A DNA stretch of 64,000 bases, taken from assembly GCA_965240325.2 (NCBI GenBank), contig OZ251244.1:1302001-1366000 (forward strand). The letters run 5' to 3'. Shown here one piece after another: positions 45,303-56,078 of the stretch (position 1 is the first letter of the stretch; each line of letters starts with the position of its first letter). The translations under genes were made by a program, and so were the position numbers. The notes under the pieces are model-generated. The model had not been told where the DNA came from and did no database searches. It worked only from the letters and a program-made list of their open reading frames with translations. The stretch is from Rebecca billardiae RCC1528 (taxonomy: Eukaryota; Protista; Haptophyta).

Positions 45303-46979
45303 ATGCGCGTCGCGCTACTGCTGCTGGCAGCTCAGCTCGCTGCCGGCCAGCCCGCCGCTGGCATGCGCGGAGAGCTCGCCTGGGGCAGCCAGTCGAATGC
45401 GAGCGACGCGGTCGCGCCCCTGGCCGGCTCGCGTCCCGCGCGTACCGACTCGGCGAGCGCCAGGTGCCGCTCCGTCCGGAGCAGCGGCGCCTCGCGCGTG
45501 CTGTTCGTGTACGCCCTCGACATGCCGGGGATTCTGGCCACTCTGAGTAGCTTCGCCGAGAGTGGCTGGCAGATCGGCATCCTCACGCAGCACTGCGCGC
45601 CGCTCGTCCCCCGCTACTTGTGCCCGTTCGAGTCGATGCCCGCGCGCTCGCGAGCGGCGCTGCCCTTCTCGCGGCAGACGTTCGGCCCGCCGACCATGGC
45701 GGACGTCACGCAGGCGATCGCCGACTTTGGGCCGTCCCTCGTCATGCCGCACCTGGCGATGACGTCGCAGCTGCTCGTGCAGGCCTATCGGAGCGTCGAA
45801 GGCAGCGCGGACCCCAAATGGCAGCGCGTGGCGACGGTGCTCCGCTGCTCGCTGCCCCTCGCGCGCGCGCACTGGAGCTCCCTCGGCATCAAGTCGGCGA
45901 TGCTCGAGATCGCACGGCGCGCGGGGGTGCGAGTGCCGCGCACGGTGGCCGTGCCCGCGACGGGGGCGCGCGACGAGCTGCTGCAGCAGGCGCTCGCGCT
46001 CGCGCCGGCGCTGCTCAAGACGGACACCGACGGCTCCGGACACGGCGTCACGATCTGCGCGACGCGCGAGTGCGTCCGCTCGATGCTCGGCGTGTACGCC
46101 CTGCGCAGGGTGCCGTGCACCGTGCAGCAGTACGCCAACGGCACGAACATCGCCTTCAACGCCGTCTTCCTCGACGGCAAGATGGTCGCGGGCTTCGCGC
46201 AGGCGCCGCTCGCCACGTTTGGAGCCAAGGGCATGTCGGTCGTGAGCGTCACCATGAACGCGCCCGATGCGGCCGCCGGGCTCGCCGCGCTGGCCAAGGC
46301 GCTCGGCTACACCGGCGTCGCGGCGGCCGACTTCCGCATCGACGCGTCCGGCCGGGCGTTCATGACGGACCCCAACTTCCGCAACAACGCAAACGCGGCG
46401 CTCGACGGCGCGGCGCTCGGAGCCGGCATGAGCCTCCCGCTGCGGCTCCGGCTCGCCCTCGAGGACGAGGCGGGCCGAGCGAAGGATGGCGGCGGCGTGT
46501 GGGCAGGCGCGCTGCACCTCGGCCGCTCGCTCGCGTACGCGCGCTACCAGCCGAGCTTCGGCCTGCTCGACCTGATGCTGTGCGACGACGTGTACGTGCC
46601 TGTGCAGTGGCGGTTTCACAGCGCAGTGGCGAGCATGGCGCGCGCGCAGCCGCTCGCCGTCGATCGTGCCGCGTGCGAGATCCGGTCGGCGACGGCCAGA
46701 TCCGGCCGCGGCGGCGCGACGCTGCGCCAGATGTGCTCGGCTCCGAGCGGCTCGCATCCGCACTGCTCGGGCGTGTGCACGCCGCTCCGCGTGCGCACGC
46801 CCGCCTACACGCCAGCCGACCTGCCGATGCTGTGCAGCGCCGCGGCAGGCGGGTGGCGCGAGCGGCACACCAACTGCGCGCTCAGGGCAGGCCGCCCGAA
46901 GCTGAGCCTGAAGCAGCGCGAGGTGCGCTTCTGCAAGTACGACCGCGGGCCGGCGCACACGGCCGCTGACGCGAGCTGA
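45303..46979 (+). CDS. ATP-grasp fold protein with N-terminal signal peptide
   Basis: KSAMLEIARRAGVRVPRT, LLKTDTDGSGHGV, VQQYANG and LGYTGVAAADFRID...MTDPNFR. N-terminus MRVALLLLAAQLAAG. Confidence 0.75.
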   Translation: MRVALLLLAAQLAAGQPAAGMRGELAWGSQSNASDAVAPLAGSRPARTDSASARCRSVRSSGASRVLFVYALDMPGILATLSSFAESGWQIGILTQHCAPLVPRYLCPFESMPARSRAALPFSRQTFGPPTMADVTQAIADFGPSLVMPHLAMTSQLLVQAYRSVEGSADPKWQRVATVLRCSLPLARAHWSSLGIKSAMLEIARRAGVRVPRTVAVPATGARDELLQQALALAPALLKTDTDGSGHGVTICATRECVRSMLGVYALRRVPCTVQQYANGTNIAFNAVFLDGKMVAGFAQAPLATFGAKGMSVVSVTMNAPDAAAGLAALAKALGYTGVAAADFRIDASGRAFMTDPNFRNNANAALDGAALGAGMSLPLRLRLALEDEAGRAKDGGGVWAGALHLGRSLAYARYQPSFGLLDLMLCDDVYVPVQWRFHSAVASMARAQPLAVDRAACEIRSATARSGRGGATLRQMCSAPSGSHPHCSGVCTPLRVRTPAYTPADLPMLCSAAAGGWRERHTNCALRAGRPKLSLKQREVRFCKYDRGPAHTAADAS

Positions 46980-47234
46980 TTCGGTCAACACCCGTGGCAG
47001 CACTCACGCCGCTGGACGGAGCGACGACGGCGAGCGGCGGTATCAGCAGCAGCGCCACTGATGACGATGGTTGATGGCCTGGTGCGGCGGCGTGTGGCTC
47101 GCGAATGCTGCGATCGACCTCTGCTCGAACGACTGCGCGGCAGCCGACACCGGTTTCGACCGGGCCCGGCTGGCGACTAGCCGGAGCGGACCACCCGCTG
47201 CACCAGGCCGCCCAGCTTTCATCAATCGCCGAAG

Positions 47235-48815
47235 ATGCACCCGACGAGCGCTCCCGCCGGAGGGCAGCGGCGCGAGGCGGGTCAAGCGCCCGTGACGCGG
47301 CTGGCCGAGCTGTCGCCCGCGGCGATCACGCGCATCGTCGGCTTCCTCGACTCGGCGCGCGACCTCGCGGCGGCCAACGCCACCGCGCGCCTCTTCCGCG
47401 GCGCGCCGGTCGAGGCCGCGCTGCGCAAGCGCTCGCTGCTGCGCGGGCACGCGCGCGCGCTGCCGGCGGCGCTGCCCGCGGCCGCGCGCACGTGGACGGA
47501 GGAGCTCTTCGCGCGCGAGGCGGTCCACGCGCTCGCGTGCGCGCACTCGCAGGTCGCCGTCGCCGGCCGCAGCTACGGCAGCGCCGCGCGCTCGTCCGCG
47601 TTTGCCGACGCGGCCGGCGGCGTGTACACGTGTGGCGAGGAGTTCTACGTGGCGCGGATCGGCGTGGCGCCGCAGCTGCGCTGCCCGATCCCGCTGGGGC
47701 ACTCGGACCCGACCGACGCGCCGCCGGTCGCCGTGCCGCGCCGCGTGCCCTCCCTCGGCGCGGTGCGCGTGCGCGCGCTCGCCGCGGGCGACGGACACCT
47801 GCTCGCGCTGAGCGCCGCCGGCGCCGTGTACAGCTGCGGCATGGACGACTGCGGCCAGCTGGGCGTGGGCGACGTGGGCTGGGCGCGCGCGTTCACGCCG
47901 GTGGTCGCGCTCGCCGCCGTCGACTGCGCCGTCGGCATCGCCGCCGGCTACTTCCACTCGCTCGCGCTCGGCGCGGGCGGGTGCGCGTACAGCTGGGGCG
48001 ACAACCAACGGGGACAGCTCGGCCACGGCGACACGGAGCCTCGGTTCGCGCCCAAGCGCGTGGCGGCGGTGGAGGGCGTGCGGCTCGGCGGGCTCGCGGG
48101 CGGGCTGGCGCACACGCTGCTGCTCGGCGTGGCCGGCGAGGTCTACTCGTGCGGCGAGGGCCGCTCGGGCCAGCTCGGCCACGGCAGCCGCGCGGAGCGG
48201 CGCGCGCCGACGCGCGTCGCGGCGCTCGCGGGCGTGCGCGCCGTGCACGTGAGCGCGGGCGAGGAGCACAGCCTGGTGGTGGACGCGGAGGGGCGCGTGC
48301 ACGGCTTCGGCGACAGCGGGGGCAGCGGGCGGCTCGGCGGGGTCCACGCCGAGCACGCCGACCGGCTCACGCCCAAGCCCATCCAGGCGCTCGCGTCCGT
48401 GCGCGCGGTGTGCGCGAGCGCGGGCAACATGGCATCGGCCGTCGTCGGCGCGGACGGGCGCGCGCACACGCTCGGCGACAGCCTGCGCTCCCAGCTCGGC
48501 GCGGTGCCGGTGGCCACGGGGCCGGAGCAGAGCCGCGCGACGGTGCCGCCGATCGGGCACGTGGTCGGCGTCTCGCTCGGCGAGAACCACGCGCTCTTCG
48601 TTACCGCCGACGGGGGCGCGTACTCCCTCGGCGGCTGCTCGGCCGCGCTCGGCCACGGGCTCGAGCTCAGCATGGCGCACGGACTGAGCGGGGTGCTGGG
48701 CGAGCCGAGGCGCGTCGCGGAGCTGCCGCCGCTGCGCCGCGTGCGGGTGGCGGCGGCGGCGGCGGCGGCGCCGGCCGAGCGAGCCGAGGGCGCGCCGGAG
48801 GGCGTGGCGCAGTGA
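47235..48815 (+). CDS. F-box-like + RCC1-repeat protein, copy 3 (divergent)
   Basis: LAELSPAAITRIVGFLDSARDLAAANATARLF followed by RCC1 repeats colinear with the other copies. Confidence 0.88.
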   Translation: MHPTSAPAGGQRREAGQAPVTRLAELSPAAITRIVGFLDSARDLAAANATARLFRGAPVEAALRKRSLLRGHARALPAALPAAARTWTEELFAREAVHALACAHSQVAVAGRSYGSAARSSAFADAAGGVYTCGEEFYVARIGVAPQLRCPIPLGHSDPTDAPPVAVPRRVPSLGAVRVRALAAGDGHLLALSAAGAVYSCGMDDCGQLGVGDVGWARAFTPVVALAAVDCAVGIAAGYFHSLALGAGGCAYSWGDNQRGQLGHGDTEPRFAPKRVAAVEGVRLGGLAGGLAHTLLLGVAGEVYSCGEGRSGQLGHGSRAERRAPTRVAALAGVRAVHVSAGEEHSLVVDAEGRVHGFGDSGGSGRLGGVHAEHADRLTPKPIQALASVRAVCASAGNMASAVVGADGRAHTLGDSLRSQLGAVPVATGPEQSRATVPPIGHVVGVSLGENHALFVTADGGAYSLGGCSAALGHGLELSMAHGLSGVLGEPRRVAELPPLRRVRVAAAAAAAPAERAEGAPEGVAQ

Positions 48816-49300
48816 CCGCCATCACAGACACAGGCGGCTGACGCAGACGACAGCCGTGACGGGCGTCGCTCGGAGCCGCCGCCGCGCCGCGGCTGAGGCC
48901 TCAGCCCGGAGGCATCTGACGATGGCGCAGGCGGAATGCGGTGACGACGGCAGCAGCGCCTCGCAGGGCCATGCTCGGCCCGGCGTCTGACGTTGCGCTC
49001 GAAGCGTCACGAGTACCAGTCTTACTCATTGTAGTGGCCCGCCAGAACTTCCGCCGATCAAACTAGCGCTGCTACTCCGAGCAGCGCCGACGTTACGCGC
49101 GGGCTCCGCAGAAATCCGGTATCATAGCTACCAGCGCTCCCGACCGGACGCGCGGACCGCGCGCAAGGCGCTCGTTCGTGGCCACTTCCCTATGGATTTC
49201 CTAGTCGCCGCGCAGTCTGAATACGGGATTTGGAACGGCCGCCACACAGCACACAGTGGTGAGCACCACCGAGCATCCGCCGACGACCCAACGCGCGGGA

Positions 49301-50025
49301 ATGGCGATCCTCAAAGAGTGCGCGCGCGGGTGCGGCGCGCGCGCGGCGTGGCGCTGCGCGCTGACGCTGGTCCCCTCCCACCCTCGCTCGCCCGCGCGCG
49401 GCGCAGCTACGCTGAGCACGAGGGCGCGGACGAGGGCGCGCGCGCCGCGGTCGACGGCGTCCCAATCGACGGGCTGCCCACGGCCATCGCGGTGCCCGTG
49501 GGCGCGGCCGGCGAGGCCGCGGCGTCCGACGCCGCCGGCGCGGAGCCCGCGGCGGAGGAGGACGCGCGCGCCCTCGTCGAGCGGCGCAAGCTCGCCGCCG
49601 GCGTCGTGGGCGCCGCGGGCGGGCTGCTGCTGACGGGCAACATGCTGTGCTCCGCGCTCGCGGGCGGCGCGGCTGCGTACGCGACGACGATGGAGGGCGA
49701 CGTGGGCGCGGCCGCGCGGCGCGTGGCGGACGGCGCGGCGGAGACGTACGACAAGGCGCGCGCCGCGATGCGCGAGCGCGGCGTCGGCGGCGCCGCCCGC
49801 GTCGCCGCCGGCGCGGCGCGCTCGGCCGCTGTGGACGTGGACGACCGACTTGGGCTGAGCGCGCGCGCGGACGTGATCAAGCGCGACGTGGCGCGGAAGG
49901 TGGACGGGCTGCGCGGCGCGCGCGACGCGTCGCTCGTGGCCGCGGACGCCGCCGAGTCCGGGGCGGCGCAGCCCGCTGCGAGCGGCGCCGAGACGGCCGC
50001 TGGCAAGATGGCCGCCGCCGTATGA
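49301..50025 (+). CDS. Hypothetical protein with glycine-zipper-like hydrophobic segment, intron at 49318-49406
   Basis: The splice gives MAILKD|YAEHE..., followed by AAGVVGAAGGLLLTG...AGGAAAYAT and an amphipathic helix. Confidence 0.6.
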
Positions 50026-50872
50026 GCCGCGGACTGGCTGGGGCAGCCACCAAGGGCAGTGGACCCGGCGCGGTCCTCGGACTGGCAGTCCGGTGCTGCC
50101 GCCACGGGGCGAGTCACAGCGCCCCGGGGGCAGCCGGCACCGTGTCCGCCGTCGGCCGCCTGCGGGCGAGCGCCGGTCCGCGGCCGCGCCGCAGTCAGTG
50201 CCACTATGAGACTCACCGAGGCCGCACTGCCCGGGCCCGGCGCCGGCGTGCCGCCGACCCTGCTGGCTGCTGCTCGACACGGTCGTGGCCGTTACTGTCA
50301 CACTGTGACTGGCCGTGGGTCCTGGACCTGAGGTCGCGGCATATCAGTCGTATACATGATGACGACGATATGATTAACATTATACGCCGCCGCCATATGC
50401 GGCCACCCGCGCCACTTAATTCGTCCTATCGCGCCGATCGCCTCATCAGCATCATATATATATATACTACATCTATCAGCACTGTCAGCAGACGCGCGCG
50501 GTAATAACGTAAACGGTTACGCCTACAGGCTACACGCCCACGGCTACACTCTACGACTACAGTCTGAGTGAGTACGACAAACTGTAGCGCGCGCAGCAGC
50601 GCGGAATGGCAGTAGAGTCGACGGTACCGAGCTCAGTTCACTCTGCTATCTGCATGCATGACGGCCACGGACAAGCGTCATCATCGTCAGGCTCAGAGTG
50701 CAGCGCGCCAGTCTTGCAGACATCATATACGCATCACATAGAATGCGTCCGCGTCTTCCGTCTCCGACCAGGTCTAAGGCAGTGCGCCACCCGCAGCCCT
50801 GCCCCCCTACGGGAGCCGGGCCGGGATGGAGCACCGCCTCGGCCTGGGGCGTATAGCAGCACATGCGCCCCC

Positions 50873-52348
50873 TCACTGCGAGGGCGGCCGCAGTGCGGCG
50901 ACGCGCGGGAGCCGCTCGATGCGCGTGGGCGTCCGCCAGGCGTCAGCCTCGCCGCCGTCGTGATTTGCTGCCATGCTCACACCGTGGCCGAGCGCGGCTG
51001 AGCGCTGGCCGCACGAGTGCACGCTGCCATCAGCGGCGACGTAGAGCGCATGCCAGTCGCCGATTGAGCAGCTGACCACGCGCACGTTCGCAAGGGAGTG
51101 CACGCGCGTCGGCAGCGTGATGCGGCCCTCGCCCTGGTGCCCCAGCTGGCAGTAGCGGTTGTCCCCGAACGTGTGCACGCTGCCGTCCGCGCCCAGCACC
51201 GCGCTGATGTCGCAGCCAGCGCCCGCGCGCACGGCGCGCACGCCCGCAAGGGCCTCCACGCGCGCGGGCAGCGAGAGGCGCTCGTGGTCACCATGGCCAA
51301 GCTGACCTGCATACGCGGCCCCGAACGAGTGCACGCCGCCCGCTACGTCCACCACCAGGCTGTGGTTAGAGCCCGCGCTCACGTGCACGGTGCGCACGCC
51401 CGCGAGTGCCTCGATGCGCGTCGGCGTGCGCTGATCACGCTGGTCGCCGTGGCCGAGCTGGCCATACGCGCCCGAGCCGCACGAGTAGACGGCGCCATCC
51501 GCCGATAGGAACAGCGTGTGCTCACCGCCTGCACCCACGCCGCCCACGCGCACGCCGTCCAGCGCCTCGATGCGCGTCGGCTCCCGCCGCTTCTTCGTGT
51601 CGCCGTGGCCGAGCTGGCCAAATTCGTTGAAACCCCAGCTGTACGCGCGCCCCGTAGCGGTAATGGCGAGGCTGTGCGCTGACCACGCAGAGATCCCCAC
51701 GATGAGTTCGCTCGCAAGCGCATCCACCTGCGTGAACGTGCCCCGCGCCGCCGCGTCCCCCAGCCCAAGCTGGCCGTCCCAGTTGTGGCCGCAGCTGTAC
51801 ACGGCGCCGGCGTCGCTCAGCGCGAGCACGTGCCCAAAGCCGGCCGCGACCGCGACCACGCGCACGCCGTTGAGGGAGGCCACGCGCGTCGGCACGCTTA
51901 CGGGCTGCCAGCCCGCGTGGCCAATAGCCACGTGCGTACGGAACTCGCCTGTCGGCTGCCAGTTGACATCGTCGCACACCGCCTCCTCGCCGCACGTGTG
52001 CAGCCCGCCCTCTGCGTGCACAAACGCGCTCAGGCGCGAGCGTATGAGGCCCATCCCACCAGCAGCCACGGGCAGCGCGTGTGCCTGCGCCAGCTTGAGC
52101 ACGCCCTCAAGCGCGAACAGCTCCTCGGACCACGTGCGCACGCCCGCTGGCAGCGCGCTGGGCAGCGCGCGCTCGTGCCCACGCGCGCGAGCGCGCTCGC
52201 GCAGCGCGTGCTCGACCGGCGAGCGGCCACCGGGCGCGCCGCGGAAGAGGCGCGAGGCGGCGTTGGCGGCAGCGAGGTCTTGCGGACGATCGAGCGCGAG
52301 CAGGATGCGCTCGACGACCTCGGCAGGGAGCTCCGCAATCGTCGTCAT
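50873..52348 (-). CDS. F-box-like + RCC1-repeat protein, copy 4
   Basis: Highly similar to copies 1 and 2, inverted and about 31 kb away. Confidence 0.9.
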   Translation of the reverse strand: MTTIAELPAEVVERILLALDRPQDLAAANAASRLFRGAPGGRSPVEHALRERARARGHERALPSALPAGVRTWSEELFALEGVLKLAQAHALPVAAGGMGLIRSRLSAFVHAEGGLHTCGEEAVCDDVNWQPTGEFRTHVAIGHAGWQPVSVPTRVASLNGVRVVAVAAGFGHVLALSDAGAVYSCGHNWDGQLGLGDAAARGTFTQVDALASELIVGISAWSAHSLAITATGRAYSWGFNEFGQLGHGDTKKRREPTRIEALDGVRVGGVGAGGEHTLFLSADGAVYSCGSGAYGQLGHGDQRDQRTPTRIEALAGVRTVHVSAGSNHSLVVDVAGGVHSFGAAYAGQLGHGDHERLSLPARVEALAGVRAVRAGAGCDISAVLGADGSVHTFGDNRYCQLGHQGEGRITLPTRVHSLANVRVVSCSIGDWHALYVAADGSVHSCGQRSAALGHGVSMAANHDGGEADAWRTPTRIERLPRVAALRPPSQ

Positions 52349-52704
52349 CCTCGACGCGCAGGCGCACACGGGGGAAGAGGACGACGGTTTGCCGGTCCTG
52401 AAGATCTTCCGACTTGTCACTTGCCGCCCTTGCATCGAGCTAGTCGTCGACTACCCGGACATTCCGATCGACATAAGTCCACGGGCGGCTTCGTAATGAC
52501 GACGCTCGTCGACACGCATGGTCACGTGCGCAGCCACAAGCCAGTCATGAGACTACAGTCAGTCACCGTCGAGTAGGCCGCCAGTAACATCGTCACTCAT
52601 CAGTATAGTGTCAGTTACGATATAAGGCGGATTCGTTCGCGGCGGGAACGACGTATGAGCATACACAGCACCGTCTGAGCAGACGACCGGCGCGCCCGTT
52701 ACCG

Positions 52705-53406
52705 TCAGTGCGCCTTGGCCTTGCCGGGCTGCCAGGCCGCATGCTGCTGGGGCCACTGAGACGGCGTCGTCTGCGCATACGACCCGCTGCCGCCGCCTGC
52801 CGCCGTGCCGCCTGCTGCCGCAGGCGCCGAGCCGTCGGATCCGTCGGCGGCCGGCGCGCGCTCGAGCCAAATGGCGAGCGCGCCCGCGCCCGCGAGCGCG
52901 CCCCCCAGCGCCAGCCCGGCGCGCAGCCCCGCGCCGTCGAGGGCGAGGCCGGCGGCGAGCGGCGCGCACACGCGGCACAGCGCGTGCGCCGAGTCGAGCG
53001 CGCCCAGCGCCTCCCCCTGCGCGCGCGCGGGCGCAGCGAGCGAGAGCCGCGCCGCCGGCGCGGAGCGGAGGACGGCGACGGCGACGGAGAGTGGCGCGAG
53101 GCACGCCCACGCGACGGCCTCGGCGCGCGGCCACGCGCACAGCGCCAAGTGCGCCGCCGCGAGCGCGGCGTACCCCGCCAGCAGCTGCGCGCGCACGCTC
53201 AGCCGAGCCCACGGCAGCCCAACCGCCGCCGTGCCGAGCGCGGCCGCCCCCCACGCGGAGTTGTAAAGCCCCAGCCGCGAGCGGCTCCAGCCGTGCGCGC
53301 CGCCGAGAGCGGGGAGGACGGTCGAGGTGAAGGCGACGAAGGCGCACTCGGGGCCGCACGTCGCGAGGATCAGCGCACGCAGCCGCGGGTGCGCGCGCAG
53401 CACGCT

Positions 53407-53445
<39 letters not shown>

Positions 53446-54225
53446 CTCGTCGCCGCCGCCGCCGCCGCCAGCTCCGCCGTCGGCGCCAGCGGGCGCGGGG
53501 GCGCCGGCGTGTCGCGCGGCCCTCGAGCCCGGCGGGCGCGTCTCGGGCAGTCCGAGCCACACCGTCGGCCCGAGCACCAGCGCGAACACGCCCGCTGCCA
53601 GCAGCGCGGGCAGCGCCGGCCAGCCCGCCGCCCAGCGCGAGTCTGCGAGCGCGCCGCCCAGCCCTGGCCCGACAATGTAACCGACAGCCATGGCGGCATA
53701 GAGGCGCAGCATGGCCGCCGCGCGCTCGGAGGCGGCGGCGTCGAGGCCCGCGGGGCGCGACCGCCCGTCCCGCCCCGCTCGGCCCGCCGCCCCGCCCGCG
53801 CCGCCGGCCGCCGCCGCCGCCGCCGGCGTCGTGTCGGCGAGCACGGCGCGACCGATGGTCGTCGTCTGCTTGGCGAGGCCGACGGGCAGGCGCGAGAGGA
53901 GGAGGAGGAGGAGCGAGCCGCCGCCGAGGGTGGAGAGTCCCGCGCACGCGTACCCCACCGCCGAGCCCGCGCACGACGCGAGCAGCGCGCCGCGCCGCCC
54001 GTGCTCGTCGCTCCAGCGGCCGAGCACCCAGCCGCCGCCGATCTGCCCCGCGCCGTACAGCGCCTCGAGGGCGCCAACGGTCGTGCCGCTGCCGCCGAGG
54101 GCGCGCGCGTAGGACGGGAGGAGCGTGCGCATCATGCCCACCGCGAGGTAGTCCAGCGCCGTCGTCGCGTACACCACGCGCTGCGCGCGCGCCGCCTCCG
54201 CGCCGCGCGCGTGCGGAGACGCCAT
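52705..54225 (-). CDS. MFS transporter (DHA1/TetA-like, resembling MFSD9/SLC22A18)
   Basis: Motif A GRWSDEHGRR, SRLPVGLAKQT, GYIVGPGLGG, and about 12 hydrophobic helices. Confidence 0.88.
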
Positions 54226-54581
54226 GCTGGTGACAACCTGCGTACAATCACTCAATCAGTTTAGTACGACTCCGGACTCCTCGGCTGGAACCGGACCGAT
54301 CCGGCCGGGTGCATGCACGTGGAGCCACTCTCAACTCTGACTAGTCCCCGCTGAAGATGAGCAGCCGCAGCGCGGCGCTGTGAAGGGGCTGGGGTCGGTT
54401 TGAGCTCAGGCGTGGCGGGCGCCAGTGCTGGTCAGCACCTGTGAGCGCCATCGCGAGCAGCAGAAGGCGAAGCTGGCTGGCCAATTGTTACGTTACTGAC
54501 TGAATCACTGATTTAACAGTACGACTTACACGCCTGCGGCCCACTTCCCTGTTCCTGAGTGACCCCGCGCGCCGCCCGCCA

Positions 54582-56078
54582 TCAGGCAGGCCTGCCCTGC
54601 CTCTGCGGCCCGGGCTCGGCGTCGGGCGGGCAGAAGTCGAACTCCTCCACCACGCCGCCCTCGTACCCGGCGCGCCACATGCGCGCGCCGTGGTCGAAGT
54701 CGAGCATGGACGTGGGCAGCCCCTGAGGCGCGCGGCGGGCGCACGGCGCGGCCGCGAGCATTATATTGCAATCATTCGCGTCGATCACAAATAAATATTG
54801 GCACACGCATCCTCAGGCGCAGACGGGCGAAGGGGGCGCGCACGCGGAGTGGCCGCCGTGGCGGCGGCAGCCTGCCCCGCGCCCTGCGCGCGCGCGCGCG
54901 CGCACCAGCGCCGCCGACGGCGAGTGCACGCGCGCTCGGACGGCGGAGGCGACGCCGGGCGCGCAGCGCGCGCTCAGCTGGTGGTCTGCGGCCGTGGCCA
55001 GCAGGAGCTGCGCGGTGCGCACAGCGATCTCGAGCACGCCGAGGCGCTGCGACTGCTCCGGCGTGAGCGCGCGCGCGCGCGGCATCGCGTCGATGATCTC
55101 CAGCTCGACCGGCGCCAAGCGGTCCGGGCAGTAGCTGCGCAGCGCGCGCCGCGGTCAGCGCTCTTATTGATTGCATGCGCATACAGTAGTCTGACGGGGG
55201 CGTGCGCGCGCGCGCGCCGCGGCGCGGCGGCGCGCCCCGGGGCACGGGCGGGTGCGTGGCGTCGGCGCGCACGCCCCGCACCGCTGCAGCCCGTGGTAGG
55301 TGAGCACGTTGTGCGAGACGCCGCCGTCGATGTGTAACGACTTATTGACGGTTACGGGCGGGAATAGGAACGGGATGGCGCACGAGGCCATCAGGTGCGT
55401 GTGCAGCGCGGCGGCGCGTGAGGCGGCGGCGTCGGCGGCGGCGTGGTGCGCGCCGGCCGCGCCGCCGAGCACGCGCTCGTCCGCCACCACCGGCTGCCCC
55501 GACGCCAGGTTCGTCAGCCCGATCGAAAGGTTCCGCGAAAGCTCTCGGCCGGCCAGCGCTCGGCTGAGCAGCTCGCCCAGGGGGCGCGTGGAGAGGAGGG
55601 CGCGGGGGAGGGCGACGGGCTGGGAGGCGGGGCGGGGCTCGGCCGCGTCGATCGGCCCGCCGAGCGTCCACACGTCGCGCGTCCGCGTCTCGGACCACAG
55701 CGCCTTCAGCCGGTCCGCACCCGCGCGCAGCCCGGCCGCGCCGCGCGCGTGCGTCGCGAGCAGCCCGGCGTTGAGCGCGCCGGCGGAGACGCCGAGGAGG
55801 CCGTCGACGTCCCAGCCTGGCGTGTGCGCTGTGCGCTCCTCGACCAGCCGCGAGAGCACGCCCGCCTCGAACGCGCCCCAGCTCCCGCCGCCGGAGAAGG
55901 AGAGGAGGCGGCACGGCCGCTGCGGCACCACCGGAGCGGCGGCGGCGCCGCCGGCTGCGGCGGCGGCGGAGGCGATCGCGGGGCTGGCGGCGTGGCGAGG
56001 AGTCTGGGCGAGGGGTGCAATCGGCGTGGGTGGGCCGAGTGGCGCGAGGGTCGCGACGAGTGCGAGCAGCGGAGCCAT
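54582..56078 (-). CDS. Patatin-like phospholipase, introns at 55135-55281 and 54723-54905
   Basis: SGGGSWGAF, GVSAG, ASCAIPFLFPPV and DGG motifs, with a signal-like N-terminus. Confidence 0.9.

Noticed and set aside
16537-52348. Diversity-generating retroelement behind the RCC1 variation
   Set aside because: No reverse transcriptase or non-coding template repeat is in the window, variation is spread over all blades, and nothing shows it to be adenine-specific.
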